From a virus (taxonomy: Duplodnaviria; Caudoviricetes): DNA of 43,822 nt. The notes below the pieces were generated by a model. It ran no database searches. It was not told the origin of the DNA and saw only the letters and a list, made by a program, of their open reading frames with translations. The translations under genes and the position numbers were made by a program. Within the stretch, counting starts at the first letter, position 1. Each line of letters begins with the position of its first letter. The stretch covers positions 1 through 43,822 of the IMG/VR virus record IMGVR_UViG_3300017774_006154; one strand, 5' to 3'. Of this stretch, positions 29,958 through 38,460 are shown piece after piece.

Positions 29958-30779
29958 TTAAAATGGCAAGTCAGTATTGTCATCATCATCATCACTAAAT
30001 AAATCATCAAACTTAGAAGTGGTAGTTGCCTTCGATTGAGTTTGAACTTTAAATGAAGATGGTGCAGGTTCTGCAGCAGGCTTCTCTTCTACAGCAGGTG
30101 CTGATACTGGGATTGCCTCTCCTTCAGGTGCCAAATAGGCCTCAAGTTTATTTTTAATAAATTCATAATCGTATTGATTAAAGGATTCAATAGGATTAGG
30201 CTGAGTTTTTAGCCACATCTCTGCCAACTTAGGGTCAGCGCTAAGAGGTACCATTTTAGGTTTGATTCTAATGGTGGTATCAGGATATGGATTTCCAGGA
30301 GTTTGCTCCACAATCATATCATATCCATTAATAGGATCAGTGTAGTCTCCAATATCCTCATCTTCTGCCAAAGAAAGTAGTGCCTTATGGATTATAGTTC
30401 CAAATCCCCAAAGTCTAACACCTTTAGCTTCTTCACCTCTTACAATAACAGGTACATAAACTCTAAGCTTGGGAGACAATTTCCCAGATAGAGACCAGTT
30501 CTCCTTGTCAGAAGTCTTTCTCAATTCCTTAACAAAGTCCTCAACAGGATCTTGTTTACCGAAATTTGATAAAGACATCATTGGGAACTTAGCAATTGCG
30601 TAATGAAACCGCAATTCTGAAAATGGATAATCAGGACTGTACATAGATGGTACAATTCTTACTTGGTGCTTGCCTAGTGTAGGCTTCCAAAAGATTGCTT
30701 CGTAGTCAATCTTCTCTCTTTCGCCATCTCCTGATTTATTCATGGAGGATAGCTTGTTCCGAATTAAATCTAAATTCAT
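29958..30779 (-). CDS. Single-stranded DNA-binding protein (T4 gp32-like)
   Basis: FWKP..G...VRIVP, DP..GYD and an acidic DDDD..DLPF tail; adjacent to the recombinase. Confidence 0.85.
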   Translation of the reverse strand: MNLDLIRNKLSSMNKSGDGEREKIDYEAIFWKPTLGKHQVRIVPSMYSPDYPFSELRFHYAIAKFPMMSLSNFGKQDPVEDFVKELRKTSDKENWSLSGKLSPKLRVYVPVIVRGEEAKGVRLWGFGTIIHKALLSLAEDEDIGDYTDPINGYDMIVEQTPGNPYPDTTIRIKPKMVPLSADPKLAEMWLKTQPNPIESFNQYDYEFIKNKLEAYLAPEGEAIPVSAPAVEEKPAAEPAPSSFKVQTQSKATTTSKFDDLFSDDDDDNTDLPF

Positions 30780-30812
30780 AGATAACTTTTATTGGTTAAA
30801 ACTATTATTTTG

Positions 30813-30844
30813 TAAACTTACTAACTTTCTGCAACACGTGCAAG
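30813..30844 (-). promoter_or_regulatory. Bacteroidota-like promoter candidate upstream of SSB
   Basis: CTTG-N20-TAAGTTTA on the minus strand. Confidence 0.45.
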
Positions 30845-30852
30845 AAATATTT

Positions 30853-31284
30853 TTAAATTTCTATTATTCTGTAAAGTTGAGTATTCAACCTACGCAATTC
30901 AGGGCCCTTGGTGAGCAAAATACAATTTCTGTAATCCTCCCACTTAATTTGAAATTTATTGTTAAGAACGCCATTGTTAAGCTCTTTGATGAGCAAATTC
31001 AATGCGTTTATGGTGTAGAGGGTTTTAGTATCCTTTTTTCTATGTACCAAGATAGCTCCGGGTAAAAAATCTGCCACATTTCCTAAATCCACATTGTAAG
31101 TAATCGCAAACTCATCCTCGTTTTTAGAGTACAAAACAAACATTTTATTGTACAAAATCGTGTGTCTGTTTTGAATATCGCTAAGAGTTGATTCTAAAGT
31201 ATCAGCGGTTGAAAAAGTACAAAAAAGTCTATTGTCCATGTAACTCAATTCGGGGTCATAAAATTCTAAATCAAAATCAATCAT
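30853..31284 (-). CDS. Hypothetical protein between the short PolA-like gene and SSB
   Basis: LFCTF, TYNVD and VHRKK..TLYTINALN motifs; no known function recognised. Confidence 0.75.
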   Translation of the reverse strand: MIDFDLEFYDPELSYMDNRLFCTFSTADTLESTLSDIQNRHTILYNKMFVLYSKNEDEFAITYNVDLGNVADFLPGAILVHRKKDTKTLYTINALNLLIKELNNGVLNNKFQIKWEDYRNCILLTKGPELRRLNTQLYRIIEI

Positions 31285-31327
31285 TTTTATTATAGTTATA
31301 AATAGAACAATTTTTTGCTTAATGTAT

Positions 31328-32650
31328 TTAAAGATTTAAGGATTTGCCGTATTTAAATTTAACGGGATACCTATTATTTTCCGATAGGATTATTCCAATA
31401 TCCTCTAGTGCAATTTTGCCATCCTCCTTTGAGAAATCTATTAGAAATGAATCGTAAGTGTATAGAATCAAATTACTCTTCTTACTATTTAAGTATTTGA
31501 GTAGCTTCTCCAACACCCCCACATTCCTACTCGCCTCTAAACTCTGTATCGTGTAATTCAACAATTTAGATATGGAAGGATTATCCCCTTCGATGTGAAT
31601 AGGTCTTCCAGTATATGAATCATTTAGATACCCAAATTTACTATATGTTTCCTCCAACTCAATTAAATACTCCTGTAGTTTTTTAAAAATCTCAAGATTT
31701 TTGTACCTATCTGGTATACTCCCATAAAAAGCATTAAAAGTTATTTTCTTTGACTGCTCATATAATTCAGGTGTAATTTTTTGATTGGGAAAATATAAGT
31801 GGGCCAATTGCTCATGGGCTTGGCCCGAAGCTAACTCATATCCAATTTGATCACACAGAATTCTAACATGACTTCCATCGTAATCAAACTCAACTAGATA
31901 ATCAAATTCAGGTACAATTTCATTCCTAACCCCAGACTCCTTATTTAAAGCAGCAAAGTTTATCCTATTAAAAGTATTGGATGGCCTAGTGGTTATCGTA
32001 TACGGATTGTACCACGTGTATATCTTACCCTCTAATAAATTGTACTTGTAATCTATATCGGTGTAGTAATCTAAAAAATTGTCAGTTATGGTTAATCCAG
32101 ACTGCTCAAGAAGATAATAAACATTTATAGTCTTTGTATTGTAGAAATTGAAATAGTCAGGCAACTCTTTACCCATATACCTCTTTACTGAATTGAAAAG
32201 GTGTTCCCACTTCTCGTGTAACTTTACAATTGGGATGATAGAATTTATAGGAAAGAAATCTGAATGAACCCTATAAAAATAATCTACAGATGATACTGGA
32301 GATCTGAATTCTAATTTAGTACCCTCTAAAAGAAGGGCAACTAATGAAATATCAATGCAAGATTGAGAACCTAAATAGTAAAGGGCTTCCTTCCTAGAAA
32401 TCGTATATAGGTTTTTAAATCTTTTTAAATATGGAATTACCTCCTCTAGGCTAAAATTATTGCATTCAGAGTGCTGTATAGGGATTATAAAGCTATCCTT
32501 TGAGCCCTTGAACCCTAAATATAGAGCGGAAACCCCGTTTAATTTGGGGTGATACCTATCATTTAAAGGAACTATTCCTAAAAACGTAGGCAAGAACACG
32601 TACTCATCAAGAACTGATAAGCTCTTAGTTGACTCTAAGATGAACTCCAT
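31328..32650 (-). CDS. Atypical short PolA-family nucleotidyltransferase
   Basis: TITTRPSN, motif A EFDYDGSHVR, motif B YEQSKKITFNAFYG, NY.IQS, motif C YTYDSF; degenerate N-terminus without clear Exo acidic residues. Confidence 0.8.
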   Translation of the reverse strand: MEFILESTKSLSVLDEYVFLPTFLGIVPLNDRYHPKLNGVSALYLGFKGSKDSFIIPIQHSECNNFSLEEVIPYLKRFKNLYTISRKEALYYLGSQSCIDISLVALLLEGTKLEFRSPVSSVDYFYRVHSDFFPINSIIPIVKLHEKWEHLFNSVKRYMGKELPDYFNFYNTKTINVYYLLEQSGLTITDNFLDYYTDIDYKYNLLEGKIYTWYNPYTITTRPSNTFNRINFAALNKESGVRNEIVPEFDYLVEFDYDGSHVRILCDQIGYELASGQAHEQLAHLYFPNQKITPELYEQSKKITFNAFYGSIPDRYKNLEIFKKLQEYLIELEETYSKFGYLNDSYTGRPIHIEGDNPSISKLLNYTIQSLEASRNVGVLEKLLKYLNSKKSNLILYTYDSFLIDFSKEDGKIALEDIGIILSENNRYPVKFKYGKSLNL

Positions 32651-32709
32651 AACCTTTTAAATATAACCTATGGCACTAAGGTATTCTTTTAAATTCTAAA
32701 TTCCAACTT

Positions 32710-33312
32710 TTAAGATGGGGATGGTAGAACTATATTTATATTTAGTGGAATTTGAGGAGTTTGATTCACATATTGTGGATCTGATAGGAAGGTTAAATCA
32801 ACCACATATGAACTCACTCCTGGAAGTTTCTTCTCCAATGCTTGTACTTCTCTTGCATTCTTTGTAACGGTACCCTCCTGCAATATATTCAAAGAGGATA
32901 TATCATACCGAGGACCTGCAATGTGCCAAGTCAATTCACCAAAAGCTAAATGTGATGGCTCCTCAGTAAAAACCTCTTGGTACTTGTTATCATCAACCTC
33001 TATTATCTTACCTGTTACATTATGCTTGACAAACTTTCTTTTAATCGTAGTCTTTCCTGGTTTTCTTTTAGGGATAAAAGGTGCCAAAAAACTAAGTGCT
33101 AATCTAGGGTCTCTAAAATTTATAGGAGTTAATAATTTTCTACCCCTATCGAAAGTACCTTTTTCTAAGTCAGAACTTGGCACATCGTATTTTGTACCAT
33201 TAGTCAACTCAACATATTTAGATCCTGTAAAAGGCGTACCATTTTCATACTGAAGCCGCTGCTCAGTATCAACTAATACTTTTACTTCATACTGGTGACT
33301 TGGAATATACAT
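32710..33312 (-). CDS. Hypothetical protein, probably virion/baseplate associated
   Basis: Immediately downstream of the hub gene; W.IAGP motif. Confidence 0.6.
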   Translation of the reverse strand: MYIPSHQYEVKVLVDTEQRLQYENGTPFTGSKYVELTNGTKYDVPSSDLEKGTFDRGRKLLTPINFRDPRLALSFLAPFIPKRKPGKTTIKRKFVKHNVTGKIIEVDDNKYQEVFTEEPSHLAFGELTWHIAGPRYDISSLNILQEGTVTKNAREVQALEKKLPGVSSYVVDLTFLSDPQYVNQTPQIPLNINIVLPSPS

Positions 33313-33313
33313 A

Positions 33314-36142
33314 TTATTTTATAAAGAAAATTGGTGGCAATACGCCTACTCCGCCTCTTTTTTTAGCTCTATTAACAGGTCCCTGCCCTTCTGTTCCATC
33401 TCCCCAAGATATGTGAAAGTGTCCCCCCGTTGCAGCTCCCGTTGGGGAATTATACTCATCTATATACCTAGCAAAAGGTAAATTAGCTAGTACAAAATTG
33501 TCTAGTTGTACTACCACTAAATTAATGTTTGCAGTTGTTGGTGATGAGATTACAAAATCAACTCCCCGCCCTAGAGTATGTCTAGAGGTGTAATTTAAGT
33601 TCTGGTGAAATATATCATTACCCCCAGTAAATGTAAGGACTAAACTTGGTAATACTTGCTTCATTCTTTGAGCTACTGCGGCTGCGTACTTTGCCATTTC
33701 CAAAGTAATATCTCCCCCATTTGAAAGTTCTGTACCTTTCTCTAAGTATCCTAAGGATTTTAAAACGCCTCTTAGGAAATTTGCATTAGGTGTAGGTCCT
33801 GCAAAAGGATTAACGAACCCTTGAGATACTCCACCACCACTAGGTGATCCTGTTTGAGTAGTTGACGTATTACCAGTCCAACTATTTACATATCCTGCAG
33901 GTCTTGCTGGATTTAATCTTGTACTTATTTTTTGTTTCTGCTCCGCGGATGGTGGCTCTAAAATATAGAATTGAGTTTTTATAGTAGTTGTCCACTTCAA
34001 GCCTATTGAATGTTCTAATCCAGTAATTATAAATCCGAACCTGCTGTAGTATTTAGTAGGTAATATGCCCTTGGATACTTTAAAAGATTCCGCAATATCT
34101 ATTCCAGATATTCCCATCATAGTAAAGGTAAGTTCAACAGGTATAATTCCCTTTTCAGCACTTCCAAGTATCTGTTGTACTGCTAGTACATAATCAGAGG
34201 TGTATATCCTATGATACGATTTTAGTTCTGAATACCCAGCTGCATCATATGTGTCCCCACTTCCATTATATCTATATGCATCTGCTGCAAGCTCTAGCCA
34301 CTTTCTTTTTCTTGCATACTCCTCTGCAGCTGTATCTACAACTTGAGTAGCATCCCCTGTATCATAAGTACCTCCAACACCGTGTCTGTCTACTACGCCT
34401 TCGTTCCATTTCAAAAACTCAGAAATATTCTCTTGATAATTTTGACCAGATCCTTGGGCTGCTATAGCAATTTGAGTACCTACTTTATTTGAAAGCTTAC
34501 TAGATAAACTAATAGATTCAACTGTAGAGCTAAGTCCAGTCAGTGTTATAACAGGGAATTCGGTAAGGGATTTTTCTGTTGGAGTATTTTTTCGGTCTAC
34601 TAAAATATGTAAATTCCGTTGCTCATCATAGTGAAAAGCAAATTCATTTACACCCCCTAAATTGTCTGCCAAAATTGAAGCTAGACTATCTAGAATACTT
34701 TTTAAATCTCTATTTTGAGAATCTGGCTCTTCTAAATTTCTATCAAACAGCTCTTGTAGAACTATGGAACTTACTGTTATGTTTAAAATATCATCTTTCT
34801 GGCCTCTAGGGGGGCCAAACATTTCAGAAAATGTAGCTCCCGACTTACCAATAATTTCACCTGTTGAAGGGACTTTACCTAAAAATTTTGGGACTTCTTC
34901 AGGAAGGCCTATTAAACCACTTGGGACTTCTGCTGCAAACGGAAGATGCACTCTAAATGGATCTACAGAGAAGTGATACTTAGAGGATATATATTTAGAA
35001 ACTATTTGATACTCCCCAGTAGCATCTTCATCCTGAACCCCAGAATAAATTTCAACTGTTTTACCATTTTTATTTCTAAGTGTAAGAAAGTTGTTTATAA
35101 TATCGAACACCATGCTCAAGTGCATCCAATACACATCTTCAGTATACAGCTGTAATCCAAATAACGAATACTTTGTTACCTTTCTTCCATATACGTATGT
35201 AAAGTCCCCGACTTTTAACTTACTAAATACTTTGGAAATCTGAGGGGTTGGAGAAAATTTTAACCTTTGTTGAGAAATTCTTTTTCCTTTGCCTAATATT
35301 ATACCTAATATTGCTTTTTTAGATAGCTGCTCAAAAATAAAATGAAAAGGACTTTTTAAACTATCCTTCATTTCTTCTATAGATGTCCTATCGATGATAT
35401 CACTTGGGATGTTCTGCAATCCTATGTCGGCTCTGAGGCCCTCTATAAGGCTGCCTGCTGATGCGATTGAAATAGTGCAATCATATCCCCCATCTTTTCT
35501 AAAAGACCAAGAGAAGTTCTTAACGTAGCCAAATAAAGCATCGTAGTTATAACTAGATTGCTCTCTAAGTACTTGTATTTTATCTTGTATAATTTGCTGT
35601 GTTGACTTGTCCCCAGTTGAGGTATACCTTGAAAAGAAATCATTAATCGTACTTGATGCTGTGTTAAACTCGCCTGCAGTATTAAAGTAAACTGTATGCC
35701 CCCATTCTAGTAACATAGAAAAACCTGGTCGGAGATATACTAACTCCAAGGTATCTAAATCTTCTAAAGACCAAACAACAAAGCTTACTTCTGTTTCTCT
35801 TAGCGCACCATAAGTACCTTTACTTTTAACTTGTACTTGCTTTACTCCAGGTACAGGTCTGTAACCTCTTGATGCTGATTCTCTGTATAAATCACCAACC
35901 CCTGCTTTATTTTGAGTAAATCCTAATATGTTATTTTTAGATAATGTAGGGTCTGGTATTTCAGATTCCCCCTCAGCTGTAAAAGTATCTGCCCCAGATG
36001 ATAATTTAATCCACGCATTATTTGAGTTTAAAAAAAATAGGGTATTGTTATCTCTTTGTGGAGATCTAACTTTTTCCTGACGTAATAATATTTGATCATG
36101 TACGTCCTTAGATAGTGGGGCCCCTATAATAGAATCAGCCAT
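33314..36142 (-). CDS. Baseplate hub-like protein with C-terminal M15-like Zn peptidase
   Basis: Follows the LysM gene; RPG...LEWG, G.VKNFSW..DGGYDC, FIITGLEHSI..WTT hub-type motifs; C-terminal SRH..GRGVD and HFH. Confidence 0.7.
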   Translation of the reverse strand: MADSIIGAPLSKDVHDQILLRQEKVRSPQRDNNTLFFLNSNNAWIKLSSGADTFTAEGESEIPDPTLSKNNILGFTQNKAGVGDLYRESASRGYRPVPGVKQVQVKSKGTYGALRETEVSFVVWSLEDLDTLELVYLRPGFSMLLEWGHTVYFNTAGEFNTASSTINDFFSRYTSTGDKSTQQIIQDKIQVLREQSSYNYDALFGYVKNFSWSFRKDGGYDCTISIASAGSLIEGLRADIGLQNIPSDIIDRTSIEEMKDSLKSPFHFIFEQLSKKAILGIILGKGKRISQQRLKFSPTPQISKVFSKLKVGDFTYVYGRKVTKYSLFGLQLYTEDVYWMHLSMVFDIINNFLTLRNKNGKTVEIYSGVQDEDATGEYQIVSKYISSKYHFSVDPFRVHLPFAAEVPSGLIGLPEEVPKFLGKVPSTGEIIGKSGATFSEMFGPPRGQKDDILNITVSSIVLQELFDRNLEEPDSQNRDLKSILDSLASILADNLGGVNEFAFHYDEQRNLHILVDRKNTPTEKSLTEFPVITLTGLSSTVESISLSSKLSNKVGTQIAIAAQGSGQNYQENISEFLKWNEGVVDRHGVGGTYDTGDATQVVDTAAEEYARKRKWLELAADAYRYNGSGDTYDAAGYSELKSYHRIYTSDYVLAVQQILGSAEKGIIPVELTFTMMGISGIDIAESFKVSKGILPTKYYSRFGFIITGLEHSIGLKWTTTIKTQFYILEPPSAEQKQKISTRLNPARPAGYVNSWTGNTSTTQTGSPSGGGVSQGFVNPFAGPTPNANFLRGVLKSLGYLEKGTELSNGGDITLEMAKYAAAVAQRMKQVLPSLVLTFTGGNDIFHQNLNYTSRHTLGRGVDFVISSPTTANINLVVVQLDNFVLANLPFARYIDEYNSPTGAATGGHFHISWGDGTEGQGPVNRAKKRGGVGVLPPIFFIK

Positions 36143-36144
36143 AC

Positions 36145-36444
36145 TTACGAATTTAACCTTCTATATAACTCTAATGCTGCCTGTGGATTGGCTGGTATTC
36201 TAATTTGTACTCCAGCCAAAGGTGTTAAATGACTACCTGCTTGTGGGTTTGACGATGCTATAATCCACCACAGCGTTGTATCACTATAATAATCATATGC
36301 CAATTTATCATATCTATCCCCTACAACTGTTATTGCATACAAATCATCCTCACTTAAAGGAATATCTGGATAAATAACATGCTTTCTATATTTCTTAGAA
36401 TCAGCATCCGATAAAATGGGTATCGTACTATATCTCTTAATCAT
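36145..36444 (-). CDS. LysM / tail X-like baseplate wedge protein
   Basis: GDRYDKLAYDYY....WWIIA..N....G.QIRIP. Confidence 0.8.
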   Translation of the reverse strand: MIKRYSTIPILSDADSKKYRKHVIYPDIPLSEDDLYAITVVGDRYDKLAYDYYSDTTLWWIIASSNPQAGSHLTPLAGVQIRIPANPQAALELYRRLNS

Positions 36445-38216
36445 GATTGTGCTCCTGATAGAAAGAATGGTTTTGCCCCCCCAGAAAGTCTAGGAGATGT
36501 GATGTAATGATACAATCCTGTTTGTGGTACAAAATCGTGAATTGGTGTAAAGTTTATTGAGCAATCCATCATTTGTGGAAGCTCTTGTTGATCATCATCA
36601 ATGTTTAGGTCCGGGTTCTGCATTGCAATTTCCCATGGATAATTCTCTTTCCAATTGTACTTTACGCTATTCATTGTTCCAGCTACCTCGTAAAGATAAC
36701 TACCAACGGTCAATCGAACAAGAGTTCCCTTCATAAAACTACCACCTTCCCCGTATGTTGGAGCTGTTGTTGATGCTAAATATGCCATCTTTTTGTATAA
36801 TGGTTTCATTTCATCTCTAGTAGTAGCTACTATTTTAAAGGATAAGGATACATCCCTACTAAATCCCTCATAGGTTCTTACTGCATCACCTCTACCCACA
36901 TAGTTAGTATCCGACCATCTACCCGTGTAATTATCATCTAGATTTTCAAGTAGGGCTCTAAAATAAAGAAACCTAGGGATTTGTCCCGGAGCTATTACCT
37001 CGAATCTAAATTTAACTAAATCTCTTACTGAAGATGCGCCGACTCCTACTCCATTTAATTGATTCAAAGATACATCTGTTGCATTAAGTTTGTCAATAAC
37101 AGATGGTTGTGCCGGTTCGGTATAATCTATTGGCTTTTTCCAATATCCTTTATTACCTAAACCAACTCTCTGCTCTTTATTAATAGTTGGGCTATTGTAG
37201 TCAAAAAATATAGAATCAGGTCTATCCTTTCTAAAATCTCTAACTTTAAGCCTCATCTGAGCTCCTATCTCCGGTAACCCTCTGACAACTGGGTCATTAA
37301 TATCTTGACTTAAAGTAAATTGATTTCTAGCAATCTCATCTTCTTTAGGTAATGTATAACTTTGTAAAGTAGATTGTTTTGTAAATCTATTTGTAAGCCA
37401 GTCCTCAAATATCTGACTTGGTGATTGACTTGGAATAAGAACCTTATCCCCCAACTCAGCTGCTATACCTGCAGACGTTCTGTTAGGGAAGTTGTTGTTT
37501 GTTGTTCCTAAATACGGATTAGAAGTGTTGTCTTCATTTACCCCACTGTAATCTTTCTTCAAAGATAATTCAGTAATAGGACTATAGTTTTGTAAATTAA
37601 CTGTACCATTTTCTATAACCTCATTTGCTGTTTGGGTTATTTTATTTTCTGCATTAGCGGTTACTCCTGGGACAGCAGTGTTGCTTCTTTTGGTAAATGT
37701 GTTTTTATCGTTGTTGGTGTTTACTAAACTGTAGTCTTCTATATTCTTTAGCTCAGTAGACGGGCTGTACTTGGGAAAAGTTATTTTACCTTCCGCCAAA
37801 GCTTGGGGGCTGTATAATTTTTTATTAGCATTTTCGAACCCCCTAACTACATGTAATCCTGTACCCGCTCCTGCAGTTTGTGCAATTGTACTTGCGGCTA
37901 TCTTGGCCACATTTACGACAGTGTTTTTAACCTGCTGAATAATTGATCCCGCAGTTGTCTTCCCCTGAGCTACCTTGATACCATCTACTTTCCTTGAAAA
38001 GTTTAATTGCTCAAGCTTTGCTTGGTTTTCTAAAAATCTACTGTTTGTAGGTAATATTGCTTTCGTAACCCTAACTACATCATCCGCTCTTTTAGTAATC
38101 TGAGATAGTACCCTTGAACTAGGCGGAGGCTTGTTAATGTCCTTTGTTACAAAAGGAGCATTACCACTCTCATACTTAAGAGATTTTAAATTAGTTTTTA
38201 GGTCTACTATACCCAT
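36441..38216 (-). CDS. Tail tube initiator / baseplate-tube junction protein with long N-terminal extension
   Basis: C-terminal FRA....D.Y...W....YVGR...Y.GF.R..S.SF tube-like fold; downstream of the tape measure gene. Confidence 0.65.
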   Translation of the reverse strand: MGIVDLKTNLKSLKYESGNAPFVTKDINKPPPSSRVLSQITKRADDVVRVTKAILPTNSRFLENQAKLEQLNFSRKVDGIKVAQGKTTAGSIIQQVKNTVVNVAKIAASTIAQTAGAGTGLHVVRGFENANKKLYSPQALAEGKITFPKYSPSTELKNIEDYSLVNTNNDKNTFTKRSNTAVPGVTANAENKITQTANEVIENGTVNLQNYSPITELSLKKDYSGVNEDNTSNPYLGTTNNNFPNRTSAGIAAELGDKVLIPSQSPSQIFEDWLTNRFTKQSTLQSYTLPKEDEIARNQFTLSQDINDPVVRGLPEIGAQMRLKVRDFRKDRPDSIFFDYNSPTINKEQRVGLGNKGYWKKPIDYTEPAQPSVIDKLNATDVSLNQLNGVGVGASSVRDLVKFRFEVIAPGQIPRFLYFRALLENLDDNYTGRWSDTNYVGRGDAVRTYEGFSRDVSLSFKIVATTRDEMKPLYKKMAYLASTTAPTYGEGGSFMKGTLVRLTVGSYLYEVAGTMNSVKYNWKENYPWEIAMQNPDLNIDDDQQELPQMMDCSINFTPIHDFVPQTGLYHYITSPRLSGGAKPFFLSGAQS

Positions 38217-38220
38217 TATA

Positions 38221-38424
38221 TTATTTAGGTTTATTATCTAAATATTTCTTTGGGGTTTTTCCATCCAAATCCAACACTGATGCTTTAGGGGATGGTATCG
38301 GTGGAATATTGTTTATGGAGGATGTATTGTGTAGAGTTGATCCTCTGTTTGAACCAGGAAGTTGAGGTGGCTTGACTCCATTACGGCCAAATTTAGATCT
38401 GAGTTGGGTTTTGATTATTGTCAT
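38221..38424 (-). CDS. Small Pro-rich protein in the tail module
   Basis: LDLDGKTP.KYLDN C-terminus; preceded by the TATTTATA motif. Confidence 0.6.
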   Translation of the reverse strand: MTIIKTQLRSKFGRNGVKPPQLPGSNRGSTLHNTSSINNIPPIPSPKASVLDLDGKTPKKYLDNKPK

Positions 38425-38439
38425 TGTTGTGTATTTTAA

Positions 38440-38448
38440 TATAAATAG
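38440..38448 (-). promoter_or_regulatory. Putative late-promoter motif CTATTTATA
   Basis: 15 nt upstream of ATG 38424; recurs before other genes. Confidence 0.5.
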
Positions 38449-38460
38449 TTTTTAATTAAA

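Noticed and set aside
31328-32650. Short PolA as a pseudogene or split half of the main polA
   Set aside because: The ORF is intact, retains both catalytic Asp residues and is highly divergent from the already complete polA.
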